Positions 34,458-43,860 of a stretch of 64,000 nucleotides of DNA are shown here, piece after piece. The stretch spans positions 5,853 to 69,852 of the forward strand of contig JAJVIO010000034.1 of NCBI GenBank assembly GCA_022071975.1. The letters run 5' to 3'. Origin of the DNA: Planctomycetota bacterium (GTDB lineage Bacteria; Planctomycetota; UBA8742; UBA2392). The notes beneath the pieces were generated by a model. It saw only the letters and a list, made by a program, of their open reading frames with translations. It was not told the DNA's origin and did no database searches. The position numbers and the translations under genes were made by a program. Every line of letters starts with the position of its first letter. The stretch's first letter is position 1.

Positions 34458-36083
34458 CTAGAATTCGATGTTGATGCCGAGGTTTACCGCGCCGCCGAAG
34501 CGCTGCGGCACGATGCGCGGGTCTTCCGTAGTACCAAACTCCTGCTGTTCAAGACCCAGCTGGCCGGCGAAGTCCAGGTGGAAGAACCACAGCCGCAGCC
34601 CGAAGCCGGCCGTCAATGTGAACGCCTGCTCGGCGTCTGCGAGGTTCTTGAACGCGCCCAGCCGGATTCCCAGCCCGAACGGCCCGAACTGCGGCTCAAA
34701 CGTAAGCGCCGCGCGCACGAATTGGCTGTGATAGCGGGGCAGGATGTCGCTGCTGATGCGATTAAGCTCGCCCTCAGCGGCCAGGGTCAGCGGCAGGCCG
34801 GCATCGGCGAACCAGGTGTAGCTGGCTCCCGCCACGAACTGCGGGTCGAAGCGGATCAGTGTGGGCTCGGGGTGTGTAGCGGGCTCCCACCGGAACTCGG
34901 GGCCGTTGAGGTTACGGCCGGTAAGGCTGATCGTCAGCGTATCCAGGAACGGGATCTGCGGCGTGAAGGTGACGCCCAGATCGAAACCGACATTGAATCG
35001 CGACCGCCCCTTCAGCTTGGCGGCATCCTGGGTCTGGCGTCCCAGATTGGTGAGCATGTCGTTGACGCCGTCCTTGTCCATGTCCTCAATCGGCAGCAGG
35101 TGGCTGAAGGTGTAGGCTTGTATGAAGGCGACCGTGCCGCCGATCGACAGCCAGTCGCCGAGCACCGGCAGGGGCAGCGGCATCCCGTAGCTGATGCCGA
35201 ACTCGTAGAACGCCAGGCCGCGGATCACGAAACCCGAGCCGTTGCCCGCCAACGGGTCCGCACCGCTCTCAAGGCTCTCGCCTGTGCCGTTGCGCGTGTT
35301 CACCAGGAAGTCGAACAGGATGCTTGCGCCGACGCCGCCGAAGTTGATGCCCGAGTCCTCGGCCGTCTTGGCCAGAATGTCCGCCTCAGCCGCGGGATAG
35401 CCCGCTGCCTGCAGGTCGGCGCTGAATTGCTGGCCGCCGGGCGTGGTGGGCGCTGCGGTGGGAGTGCCGGAAACAGTTGCTGCGGTGACGATGAACGAGT
35501 CCCAGGTGGCGCCCGATTCATCCACAAAGCGGAAGTTGCGCAGACTCTCGAGGTCAACGATCGTGGCCGCGCCGGCGATGGCGAATGCGCCCAGAGTGAA
35601 AGTCAGGCCGTCGCCACCCATAAGAACGTTTCCGAATCGCATGGCGATGCCCGACGAGGCTGTGCTATAGACACCATCGCCGCTCAGGCTGTCCAGGATG
35701 TCAAGCTTGCTGAAAATGCCGAACACGTCCTGGAAGTCGCCCAGGCTTGCGGTGCTTGGCGTATCGAAGGCACCGGCCTGGAACAGGTCAAACACGTCGT
35801 TGGCTGCCTGCACCACGTCAAACATCTGTTGAAAATCGTCGCCGTGCACCGAGGCCGCGAAGCTGCTGGGCAGGTGGAACTCCATGGTCAGCAGGTCCGT
35901 CTCGCCCCGCTCCCAGGGACGCGAGGCCGCGAATGCCGGGTTGTAGCGAGCAGCACCCGCGCCGCGCGCGGTGATGCCGGCGCTGCCGGCACCGACGGCC
36001 GGCGCATGGAAGTCAACCCACTCCTCGGCGCCCAATCCGGTACAGACAACCAGGGCGAGGGTGAACATCAGAAGTCTGGGCAT
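34458..36083 (-). CDS. outer-membrane beta-barrel protein (TraF_2/FadL-like guess)
   Basis: Signal peptide. N-terminal GAGAARYNPAF motif. Alternating amphipathic strands. C-terminus ...NLGINIEF with terminal Phe. Confidence 0.65.
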   Translation of the reverse strand: MPRLLMFTLALVVCTGLGAEEWVDFHAPAVGAGSAGITARGAGAARYNPAFAASRPWERGETDLLTMEFHLPSSFAASVHGDDFQQMFDVVQAANDVFDLFQAGAFDTPSTASLGDFQDVFGIFSKLDILDSLSGDGVYSTASSGIAMRFGNVLMGGDGLTFTLGAFAIAGAATIVDLESLRNFRFVDESGATWDSFIVTAATVSGTPTAAPTTPGGQQFSADLQAAGYPAAEADILAKTAEDSGINFGGVGASILFDFLVNTRNGTGESLESGADPLAGNGSGFVIRGLAFYEFGISYGMPLPLPVLGDWLSIGGTVAFIQAYTFSHLLPIEDMDKDGVNDMLTNLGRQTQDAAKLKGRSRFNVGFDLGVTFTPQIPFLDTLTISLTGRNLNGPEFRWEPATHPEPTLIRFDPQFVAGASYTWFADAGLPLTLAAEGELNRISSDILPRYHSQFVRAALTFEPQFGPFGLGIRLGAFKNLADAEQAFTLTAGFGLRLWFFHLDFAGQLGLEQQEFGTTEDPRIVPQRFGGAVNLGINIEF

Positions 36084-36091
36084 GGTTGCTC

Positions 36092-36502
36092 CTACAGCTC
36101 TTCGCCGTACAGCGGGGCGAGCACGCGCTCGTCGTCCACCAGCAGCGAAACGTTACCCCCCACAAGCAGCGAGATGGCATCTGAGGGCCGTGCGTCCACG
36201 CGAACCTCACCGTCGGCGGTCTCGATCACCAGATTTGCGTAGTACGTGTGGTCTTTCAGGTCGGTGATCTCAACGGCCTTGATGGCGCCTCCCATGCCGG
36301 CGATCACGTTGTCCAGCAGGTCGTGCGTCAGGGGTCGGGGGTGATAGCGCTTCATGGCGCGGCGGTAGATCGCCACGGCCTCGGGCTCGCCGATTTCGAT
36401 GGTGAAGTGCCGGTCGCCGCCGACTTCGCGCAGAATCAGCCGCTGCGTGGGATGCGTGTCCGACAGGATGATGCGAGCCAGCGAAAACGGAACCATCGCC
36501 AT
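36092..36502 (-). CDS. bifunctional nuclease family protein (BFN/DUF151)
   Basis: ILREVGGDRHFTIEIGEPEAVAI...RPLTHDLL...YYANLVIE...VDARPSDAISL. Confidence 0.9.
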   Translation of the reverse strand: MAMVPFSLARIILSDTHPTQRLILREVGGDRHFTIEIGEPEAVAIYRRAMKRYHPRPLTHDLLDNVIAGMGGAIKAVEITDLKDHTYYANLVIETADGEVRVDARPSDAISLLVGGNVSLLVDDERVLAPLYGEEL

Positions 36503-36583
36503 GAAACGCCAACCTCAGGCTGTGAGCAACACCGACAGTGTAACGGTGATCGGGGAGTTCACAACGGACCGGGACTCCGTTCG

Positions 36584-36907
36584 CTAGGCGTACCGTTCCA
36601 CTTTGACGCCTGCGATCTGCAGGCGCACTACTTCGCCGCCTTCGCAGGCCAGCTCGTATCCGCCCGACCAGCTCCCCGCGGCCACACGTCGCACAGTGCC
36701 GCGGCCTCCACTGATCTCGCCCTCGTACTCAAGGTAGACGCGACGGTGGTCGGCAAGCTGCACGCAGGCGCAGGCCTCCCCCACCGCCAGGGGCCAGCGC
36801 GCCAGCTGGAAGGTGCGCAGCAACTCCTGCCCCGCCACCTCCAGCATCAGGTCAAAGTGCACACCGCCATTGACGCTGTGCTCAAGGATCACGAACCTCT
36901 GTGCCAT
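36584..36907 (-). CDS. LigD 3'-phosphoesterase-like (LigD_N) small protein
   Basis: MAQRFVILEHSVNGGVHFDLMLE... resembles the RFVIQEH..HYDLRLE core. 107 aa. Confidence 0.7.
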   Translation of the reverse strand: MAQRFVILEHSVNGGVHFDLMLEVAGQELLRTFQLARWPLAVGEACACVQLADHRRVYLEYEGEISGGRGTVRRVAAGSWSGGYELACEGGEVVRLQIAGVKVERYA

Positions 36908-37796
36908 GCGCAGGATTGTGCTTGATCTTGAGTACCACGGCAAAGGCTTCGTTGGCTGGCAACGCCAGGGGCCTGATCGCTCTGTGCAGGGAACCGTCGA
37001 GGCCGCCGTTGCCGACCTGGTCAGCCACCTGGTCAGCGTGCAGTCTTCCGGCCGCACCGACCGCGGCGTGCACGCGCTGGCGATGCCGGCGCACGTCGAC
37101 GTGGAAACGCGGCTGGCCGCGCGCGAGATCATGCCCGCGCTGAACCACCGGCTGCCCCATGACGTGGCCGTGCGGCGCGTGCGCGAGGTTGATCCGCGTT
37201 TCCACTGCCGTTTCGACGCGATCTCGAAACTTTACCGCTACACCCTGCTGCGCAGCCGCGTGCGCAGCCCCCTGCTGGGCGACCGCGCCCACCAGGTGCC
37301 CCGCGCGCTTGACCTGGCGGCGATGCGCGAGGCCGCCGCCATGCTGGTTGGCAGCCACGACTTCGCCAGTTTCCAGACCAATCCGGATGTCGATCGCCCG
37401 GACGAAGACGACCTGCCCGAAACCACAGCCGATACCATCGGACCGGCGGCTGTAGCGTCCGGCCACTTCGAGCCGCCCCCCTGGCGTAAACCTCGCCCGA
37501 AGGGGACGGTTCGGAACATCTCGCGCGTTGAGTTGATGGAACAGGATGAACTACTGCTGCTTGAGGTTGAGGGCAACGGATTCCTGCGCGGAATGGTTCG
37601 CGCGCTGGCCGGCACGCTGGTTGAAGTCGGACTGGGCAAGCAGAAACCGGATTGGGTGCAAGGTTTGATTGATGTCAAAGATCGCCGCGAGGCCGGGGCC
37701 AACCTGCCTCCTCACGCTTTGACCCTGGTTCATGTAGACTATCCCACCGAGCCGTTCGAGGGGCGGGACTCAACGGATAGCCTGGCACTGGTCTGA
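36906..37796 (+). CDS. truA: tRNA pseudouridine(38-40) synthase TruA (with ~35-aa insert)
   Basis: MRRIVLDLEYHGKGFVGWQRQ, GRTDRGVHA (catalytic Asp) and FLRGMVR. Confidence 0.9.
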   Translation: MRRIVLDLEYHGKGFVGWQRQGPDRSVQGTVEAAVADLVSHLVSVQSSGRTDRGVHALAMPAHVDVETRLAAREIMPALNHRLPHDVAVRRVREVDPRFHCRFDAISKLYRYTLLRSRVRSPLLGDRAHQVPRALDLAAMREAAAMLVGSHDFASFQTNPDVDRPDEDDLPETTADTIGPAAVASGHFEPPPWRKPRPKGTVRNISRVELMEQDELLLLEVEGNGFLRGMVRALAGTLVEVGLGKQKPDWVQGLIDVKDRREAGANLPPHALTLVHVDYPTEPFEGRDSTDSLALV

Positions 37797-37867
37797 ATTC
37801 GTTCGCCTTGACACCCCCCCGGGGGCCGGTAGGCTCGCGGGGCTGTAAACGTAAGCATTGACGCATC

Positions 37868-38650
37868 TTGAGGTTGGGCGTGAAGGCCATCGTCTCCGAC
37901 ATCCATGCCAACGTCGCCGCCTGGGAGGCCGTGAAAAAGGACATCAAGTCCCACAACATCACGGACATCATCAGCCTGGGCGACCTCGTGGGTTACGGCC
38001 CGGAGCCTTTGGACATCATCGACCAGGCCATGGAATTCCGCATCAACCTGATGGGCAACCACGACGAGGCCGTGGTGTTTGAGCCCGTGGGCTTCAACTA
38101 CCGGGCTCTGACGGCCATCCGCTGGACCAAGAAGTCTCTGCAGGGCGGCATCTTCGGCTTCAAGAACAAGAAGCGCATGAGCTTCCTGAAGGGCCTGAAA
38201 CTGACCCACCGTGAAGACGGCGCACTGCTGGTGCACGGCAGCCCGCGCGAGCCGACCACTGAGTACATTCTGAAGCACGACGCCCAGGGCGCCAGCCAGG
38301 GCGTACCCGAAGCCGTGCGCAAGATGAACGACATTTTCAGCCAATTCGAGGGGCTGTGCGTGGTCGGGCACACACACATTCCTTGCGTGATCGACGAGTC
38401 CTTCAACTACCACACCGAAAAGTCCCTGGAGTACGAGTTCAAGCCCGAGAAGGGCAAGAAGTATGTGCTCAATGTAGGAAGCGTCGGGCAGCCGCGTGAC
38501 CGCGACACCCGTGCCTGCTACGTGATCTGGGACGACAAGAAGTTCATCTGGCGACGGGTCGAGTATGATGTCGCCTCGACGGCAAAGAAAATCCGCGCGC
38601 TGAAAGAGCTGGATGACTATAACGCCGACCGCCTGGAACAGGGAATGTAG
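37868..38650 (+). CDS. cytoplasmic metallophosphoesterase family protein
   Basis: VSDIHAN, LGDLVGYG, GNHD and GHTH motifs. TTG or nearby GTG start. Confidence 0.85.
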   Translation: MRLGVKAIVSDIHANVAAWEAVKKDIKSHNITDIISLGDLVGYGPEPLDIIDQAMEFRINLMGNHDEAVVFEPVGFNYRALTAIRWTKKSLQGGIFGFKNKKRMSFLKGLKLTHREDGALLVHGSPREPTTEYILKHDAQGASQGVPEAVRKMNDIFSQFEGLCVVGHTHIPCVIDESFNYHTEKSLEYEFKPEKGKKYVLNVGSVGQPRDRDTRACYVIWDDKKFIWRRVEYDVASTAKKIRALKELDDYNADRLEQGM

Positions 38651-38721
38651 CCGGGACGGGCACTGCCTCCGTTCCGCGAAGTTGCTAGAGTGCCGCCACT
38701 TTCAGATCAAGGAGACATACG

Positions 38722-39111
38722 GTGCGTATCACCATCACCGCCAAGCACGTGCAGGTCACCGACAAGATGAAGGACTACGCGCGCGAGAAGCTTGAGAAAC
38801 TCGAGCGCTACTTTGACCGCATCGCGAACATCCAGGTCATCCTCGACAAGGACGGCCTCGATAATGTCTGCGAGCTCAACATCTCCACCGACACCCACAA
38901 CCACCTGACGGCCATGGTGCACAACCAGGAAGACATGCACGCGGCCGTGGACATGTGCGTTGACAAGGCCCTCCGCCAGCTAAAGAAGATCAAAGAGAAG
39001 CTGAAGGGCCACAAGGGCAACGACAAGCGCAAGAAGCTGGGCCGCGACGTCAAGCGCCTCACCACCCGCATGCCGCGCGAGACGACTTACGAGGAAGCCA
39101 AGAACGAGTAG
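38722..39111 (+). CDS. hpf: ribosome hibernation promoting factor (HPF/RaiA family)
   Basis: ITITAKHVQVTDKMKDYAREKLEKLERYF. AAGGAGA SD. GTG start. Confidence 0.9.
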   Translation: MRITITAKHVQVTDKMKDYAREKLEKLERYFDRIANIQVILDKDGLDNVCELNISTDTHNHLTAMVHNQEDMHAAVDMCVDKALRQLKKIKEKLKGHKGNDKRKKLGRDVKRLTTRMPRETTYEEAKNE

Positions 39112-39199
39112 GCCCTCGGCAGGTGTCGGTTTTCAGGGGCAGGTGTCAGGTTCTGAAGCCGACACACGCGTGCAGCAGAGGCCGGTCGGCGCGGGATGC

Positions 39200-39241
39200 C
39201 CTGTAAACTGAAACCTGTAACCTGTAACCTGAAACCTGTAG
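39200..39241. repeat. heptamer array (core CCTG): cctgtaa actgaaa cctgtaa cctgtaa cctgaaa cctgtag
   Basis: Read directly. Ends 6 nt before the yvcK ATG. Confidence 0.85.
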
Positions 39242-39247
39242 TCCAGC

Positions 39248-40246
39248 ATGGCGCTGTTTCCGCGACTCTTCCGGCGTTCGCCCACTGTTGTTGCCATCGG
39301 CGGCGGCACCGGGGCCAGCGGCCTGCTGCGCGGGCTCAAGGAACACACCGATAAACTCACGGCTGTGGTCACCGTCGCCGACGACGGCGGCAGCAGCGGC
39401 CGTTTCCGCAAGGAGTTCGGCATGCTGCCCCCGGGCGACATCCGCAACTGCCTGGCGGCGCTGTCGGACGCGGGGCCTGTGCTTGAGAAGCTGTTCCAGC
39501 ACCGTTTTGAAGAAGGCGACCTGAAGGGTCACCCCTTCGGCAACATCTTTCTCGCGGCCATGACCCAGGTAACCGGCGACTTCGAGCAGGCCGTGCGCGA
39601 GGCCAACCGCGTGCTGAACGTGCGCGGGCGCGTGCTGCCGGCCACGGCCACCAAGATCAGCCTGATCGCCGAGCACGAGGACGGCAGCAAGACCACCGGC
39701 GAGTCCCTGGTGGGCAAGGTGAACAAGCCGGTCAAGCGCCTGAGCATCAAGCCCGAGGACGCGCCGGCCGGCACCGACGTGGTGGACGCCATCATGCAGG
39801 CTGACCTGGTGCTGCTGGGCCCGGGCAGCGTTTACACCAGCGTGCTGCCCAACCTGCTGATCCGCGGCATTCAGGAAGCGCTGCTGAAAACACCCGCCGT
39901 GGTGGGCTACGTCTGCAACATCATGACCCAGCCCGGCGAAACCCAGGACTTCAAGGCCAGCCGCCACGTGGAGGTGCTGATCGAGCACACCAGCCCGTCG
40001 CTGATCGACTTCGTGGTGGTAAACACCGGCAAAATACCGGAGGCGCTGGCGCAGGCCTACGCCGCCGAGCACGCGGTGCCCGTCGCCGCCGACCTGGAGC
40101 GCCTGACCACACTGCCCGGCGGTCCGCGCATCATCACGGCCGACCTGGTCAAGGCCGACCACGTAGTGCGCCACAACCCGGCGAAGCTTGCCGAGTTGTG
40201 CTTGAGCGTGTATCGCGAAATCAACAAAGAGCGCGCGCGCGCATAG
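39248..40246 (+). CDS. yvcK: YvcK/CofD-like gluconeogenesis factor family protein
   Basis: VVAIGGGTGASGLLRGLK, VTVADDGGSSG, PPGDIRNC and GPGSVYTSVLPNLL. Confidence 0.9.
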   Translation: MALFPRLFRRSPTVVAIGGGTGASGLLRGLKEHTDKLTAVVTVADDGGSSGRFRKEFGMLPPGDIRNCLAALSDAGPVLEKLFQHRFEEGDLKGHPFGNIFLAAMTQVTGDFEQAVREANRVLNVRGRVLPATATKISLIAEHEDGSKTTGESLVGKVNKPVKRLSIKPEDAPAGTDVVDAIMQADLVLLGPGSVYTSVLPNLLIRGIQEALLKTPAVVGYVCNIMTQPGETQDFKASRHVEVLIEHTSPSLIDFVVVNTGKIPEALAQAYAAEHAVPVAADLERLTTLPGGPRIITADLVKADHVVRHNPAKLAELCLSVYREINKERARA

Positions 40247-40253
40247 CTAAGGC

Positions 40254-43200
40254 CTACTGCAGCGCCTTGTACAGCAGCCGCAGCGGATGCACCACCTGCA
40301 CGCCGTCATTTACCTGCCCTGAGCCTGTCGAAGGGCCATCTTCGCTGGTCTTTACTCCCTGCCGGATCTGCGTCTGGCAGATGCCGCAGCTTGAGGTCAC
40401 GACGTCCGGCTTCGCCAGGTTGATCTTCGTGAACAGCGGCTGGCCGATCTTGATGCTCATGTCGAAGTTGTCGGTCTTCAAGCCGAAGGTGCCCGACAGG
40501 CCGCAACAACCCGCGTTCAAATCCACGGTCGTGCCCTCATCCAGCAGGTCGATCAGCGCCTTGGCCGCGTCGCCGATCTTCAGCACCTTGCTGTGGCACG
40601 GCAGGTGCCAGGCCACCCGCTTGCCCAGCGGCTTGAGCTGCTTGCGCATCTCGGGCTGCTTGAACACCTCCAGCAGCATGGCGTGGGCATCCAGGCAGGC
40701 ATCCGCGACCTCATGGGTGTAGCCGGTGTCGTGGATGCGCGTCCATTCGCGCGCGGCCGCGAGCATGCAGCTCGGCGCGCTGAACACGATTTTCGCGCCG
40801 CGCCGCACGGGTTTGAGCAGCTTGTCGACGTTCTCCTGGATGTCGGCCCTGGCGCCGCGGTTGTCGCCCTGGGTGATCTTGCTGATGCCGCAGCAGTTCA
40901 GCGCGGGCGTGTGCACCGTGATGCCGAGCGCGGTCAGGATTTCCACCAGCGTGGCCTTCTCGCCGTCGGGGTCGTAGTACTCGGCGTAGCAGCCTGGAAA
41001 CACCACGACTTCGGTGGGCAGCTTGGCGCGCACCTCGGCCGGCACTTCCAGCGGCTTGAGGCGCTTCACCCCGTGGGGCTTGTGGTACTCGGGCAGCTTG
41101 CGGCGCTCATCAAGGCCCGTCACGCTCTGGGCCATGCCGCGCAGGAAGCGGTTGCGCAGGATTGTGTTGGCCATGCCCGCCACCTTCTGGCCGGCCTTGC
41201 CCATCTTGTCGGGTTTGCTGAGCAGATCGGCCACCATGCCGCCCTTGCCCTTGCGGTCGATGAACTGCTCGCGGAACACCATGCTGATGCCGGGGATGTC
41301 GACCTGGGTGGGGCACTCCACCAGGCACTGCTCGCAGGCGATGCACAGGTCGATGTTGGCCTTGAACTCGGCGTCCAGCAGCAGGTTGACGTCCAGGCGC
41401 CCGGCCACCACGCCGCGCAGCAGGTTGGCCTTGGCGCGCGCGCTGTATTTTTCTTCCTTGCCGACGCGCATAAGCGGGCAGTAGTTGCGGCACTTGCCGC
41501 AGCCGTGGCACTTCTCGATTTCCTCAAGCACCGAGGGCCGGTCCAGCACCGTGCCGGTGGGCTGACGCGCGTAGTCTTCGCCCACACGCAGGAACGATGT
41601 GATGCTTCGGAGCGCAGGCGTCCCGCCCCCGGCATGCTCTGGCACCGGCCGGAGGCCCGTGCCAGTAGCAGGCGGGACGCCTGCGCTCCCAACCTTGTTC
41701 AGCGGATTCAGCAGGAAGCGCGGATCAAACAGCGCCTTCACCTGCTCGAACAGCGGGTACACCTCGCCGTACATGCGCTTCAGGTACGGCGTGCGCATCA
41801 GGCCGTCGCCGTGCTCGCCGCTGATGGTGCCCTTCAGGCCTTTCACCAGCTCGAACACCTCGTCGGCCGCTTTCCGCATGCGTTCGCGGTCGGCGGGGTC
41901 TTTGCAGTTGGCGAAAGGGTTGACGTGCAGGTTGCCCTCGCCGCCGTGTCCGAACAGGTGGGCCGTGAAGCCGTTGGCTTCACAAATGCGTTTGAAGCCT
42001 TCGATGAACTGCGGCAGCTTCCAGGGCGGCACGGCGCAGTCCTCGATCCAGCGGGTGGGCTTGTGGTCGCCCTTCACGCGGCTCAGGATCGGGCTGGCCA
42101 CCTTGCGCACCGTCCATGCTTTCTCCAGTTCGGCGGCGTCGTAGGCGGCTTTGCCGTCGAAGGCCGGGCCCTGTTTCACGCACAGATCCAGCGCGGCGTC
42201 CACGGATTTCGCCGTGTCGCGCTCGTCGTCGGCCCAGTATTCCACAATCAGCATGGACTGCAGACGCTCTGGAATGCCCTCGGCCAGGCGCGGGTCGCTG
42301 CGCGCCGCCACGTCGATGAAGCTGCGGTCCAGCACCTCCAGCTTGGTCGGCCGTGTGTTCAGCAGTTTCACCACGCCCTCGGCCATGGCCTGGTTGCTGT
42401 CGAAGTACAGCGTCAGGCCGGCCTGTTTGCGCGGGAGTTTCAGCACGCGCAGCTTTGCTTCAAGCAGGATGCCGAGCGTTCCCTCGCTGCCGCTGAACAG
42501 CCGGGGCAGATCGAGAATGCCGCCTTCGGCGTCGAACTCCGTGCGCGGGTAGTAGGCCTGGATGTCGACGCCCGAGTTGTCGGAATGCAGCAGCTCGAAC
42601 AGGTTGTAGCCGCTGCTGCTGCGGGTGGCTTCCGGCCGTTGCTCTTTCAACAGCTTCGCGTTGTCGCGCGCCAGCTTGAACAGCGCCTCGGCAATCCGCT
42701 GTTCCGCGGCTGTGGCGTCGGCGGGAAACTCGACTGCGCCGTTCGCGACCTTCAGCGGCCGTAACTTGGCGCGTTCGCCGTCGGGCAGCAGCACGTCCAG
42801 CTCAAGCAGGTAGTCCTTGGCGGTGCCCCAGCGGATCGACTTGGCGCCGCCGCTGTTGTTGCTGACCATGGCGCCGACGGTGCACCAGGGGCTGCTGCTG
42901 GGGTCGGGCGGCCAGAACATCCCGAAGCTGCCCAGCTCGGCGTCGAAGTCGTCTTTCACTACGCCCGGCTGCACACGCGCCCAGCCGTGGCTGGGCTGCA
43001 CTTCGATGATGCGATTCATGTGCACCGAGAAATCCAGGATGATGCCCTGGCCCAGGGATTGGCCCGCAACGCCCGAGCCCGCGCCGCGGCATGTGATCGG
43101 CACACCGTGCTCGCGCGCGAACTGCATGGCCTTGGCCACGTCGTCGGCGTCCATGGGCTCGACCACGCAGCTGGGCCACAGTTCAACGATGCTGGCGCTG

Positions 43201-43346
43201 CTGGCGTACAGGGCGCGGCTGATGTCGTCCCAGCGTACCGCGCCGCGGACGTTGCGGCGCAGGCGCGAGTAATCAACCGGGTACAGCGGCTTTGAATACG
43301 CTCGGGCGTCGGCCTGTGCGGTGCTCATGGCACGGCACTCTAGCAT
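40254..43346 (-). CDS. FAD-binding oxidase (GlcD-like) fused to 4Fe-4S and CCG (GlcF/HdrD-like) domains, YdiJ-like
   Basis: N-terminal FAD_binding_4 (RGAGSGVAGQS). Ferredoxin motifs CHGCGKCRNYCP and CIACEQCLVECP. The C-terminal half is Cys-rich (PCH, CCG). Confidence 0.9.
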   Translation of the reverse strand: MLECRAMSTAQADARAYSKPLYPVDYSRLRRNVRGAVRWDDISRALYASSASIVELWPSCVVEPMDADDVAKAMQFAREHGVPITCRGAGSGVAGQSLGQGIILDFSVHMNRIIEVQPSHGWARVQPGVVKDDFDAELGSFGMFWPPDPSSSPWCTVGAMVSNNSGGAKSIRWGTAKDYLLELDVLLPDGERAKLRPLKVANGAVEFPADATAAEQRIAEALFKLARDNAKLLKEQRPEATRSSSGYNLFELLHSDNSGVDIQAYYPRTEFDAEGGILDLPRLFSGSEGTLGILLEAKLRVLKLPRKQAGLTLYFDSNQAMAEGVVKLLNTRPTKLEVLDRSFIDVAARSDPRLAEGIPERLQSMLIVEYWADDERDTAKSVDAALDLCVKQGPAFDGKAAYDAAELEKAWTVRKVASPILSRVKGDHKPTRWIEDCAVPPWKLPQFIEGFKRICEANGFTAHLFGHGGEGNLHVNPFANCKDPADRERMRKAADEVFELVKGLKGTISGEHGDGLMRTPYLKRMYGEVYPLFEQVKALFDPRFLLNPLNKVGSAGVPPATGTGLRPVPEHAGGGTPALRSITSFLRVGEDYARQPTGTVLDRPSVLEEIEKCHGCGKCRNYCPLMRVGKEEKYSARAKANLLRGVVAGRLDVNLLLDAEFKANIDLCIACEQCLVECPTQVDIPGISMVFREQFIDRKGKGGMVADLLSKPDKMGKAGQKVAGMANTILRNRFLRGMAQSVTGLDERRKLPEYHKPHGVKRLKPLEVPAEVRAKLPTEVVVFPGCYAEYYDPDGEKATLVEILTALGITVHTPALNCCGISKITQGDNRGARADIQENVDKLLKPVRRGAKIVFSAPSCMLAAAREWTRIHDTGYTHEVADACLDAHAMLLEVFKQPEMRKQLKPLGKRVAWHLPCHSKVLKIGDAAKALIDLLDEGTTVDLNAGCCGLSGTFGLKTDNFDMSIKIGQPLFTKINLAKPDVVTSSCGICQTQIRQGVKTSEDGPSTGSGQVNDGVQVVHPLRLLYKALQ
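41609..41689. repeat. 81-bp nested perfect palindrome embedded in frame in the oxidase ORF
   Basis: Outer arms ggagcgcaggcgtcccgcc (41609-41627) and ggcgggacgcctgcgctcc (41671-41689). Inner arms ctggcac (41639-45) and gtgccag (41659-65). It encodes GSAGVPPATGTGLRPVPEHAGGGTPAL. Confidence 0.9.
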
Positions 43347-43425
43347 GGCGTTATGGGAACGGCAGGCACTCGCAATTCACTTGCCATAGAACTATCTTAC
43401 GACAACCGAACCAGGAGCCTGCACC

Positions 43426-43860
43426 ATGACGGAAGCCTACCTGCAGCAGAGCCGCGCAGTGGCCCGGCTGATCCTGACCTCGCAGCAGTTGTACAAGGCC
43501 GTGACCGCGCTGGTGCGCCGCTTTGACCTTACGGAAAGCCAGTACAACGCCCTGCGTGTGCTGCGCGGCGCGGAGAAACGCGGCGAAGAACTTACCCAGG
43601 CCGAGCTGGCGGAAAGGCTGATCGCCAGCCGCGCCAACACCACCTGGATCCTCGACAAGCTGGAGGAACGCAAACTGATCCGTCGCCGAGGCCACGAGGA
43701 CCGGCGCAAGAACCTGGTCGAGATCACCAGCGCCGGTCAGCGCATGCTGGCGCGCATCGACCCCGAGTTCGAAAGCCTGCTGGGCGGCGTGTTGAAAGAC
43801 ATCAGCCAGGCCGAGCTTGACTCATTGATAGAAATCGTCGCCAAGTTCCGGTTCGATTAG
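43426..43860 (+). CDS. MarR-family transcriptional regulator
   Basis: LTESQYNALRVLRGAEKRGEELTQAELAERLIASRANTTWILDKLEERKLIRR. Confidence 0.9.
   Translation: MTEAYLQQSRAVARLILTSQQLYKAVTALVRRFDLTESQYNALRVLRGAEKRGEELTQAELAERLIASRANTTWILDKLEERKLIRRRGHEDRRKNLVEITSAGQRMLARIDPEFESLLGGVLKDISQAELDSLIEIVAKFRFD

Noticed and set aside
40593-42764. 723-aa plus-strand ORF
   Set aside because: Antisense shadow of the FAD/Fe-S oxidase gene, which has clear cofactor motifs.
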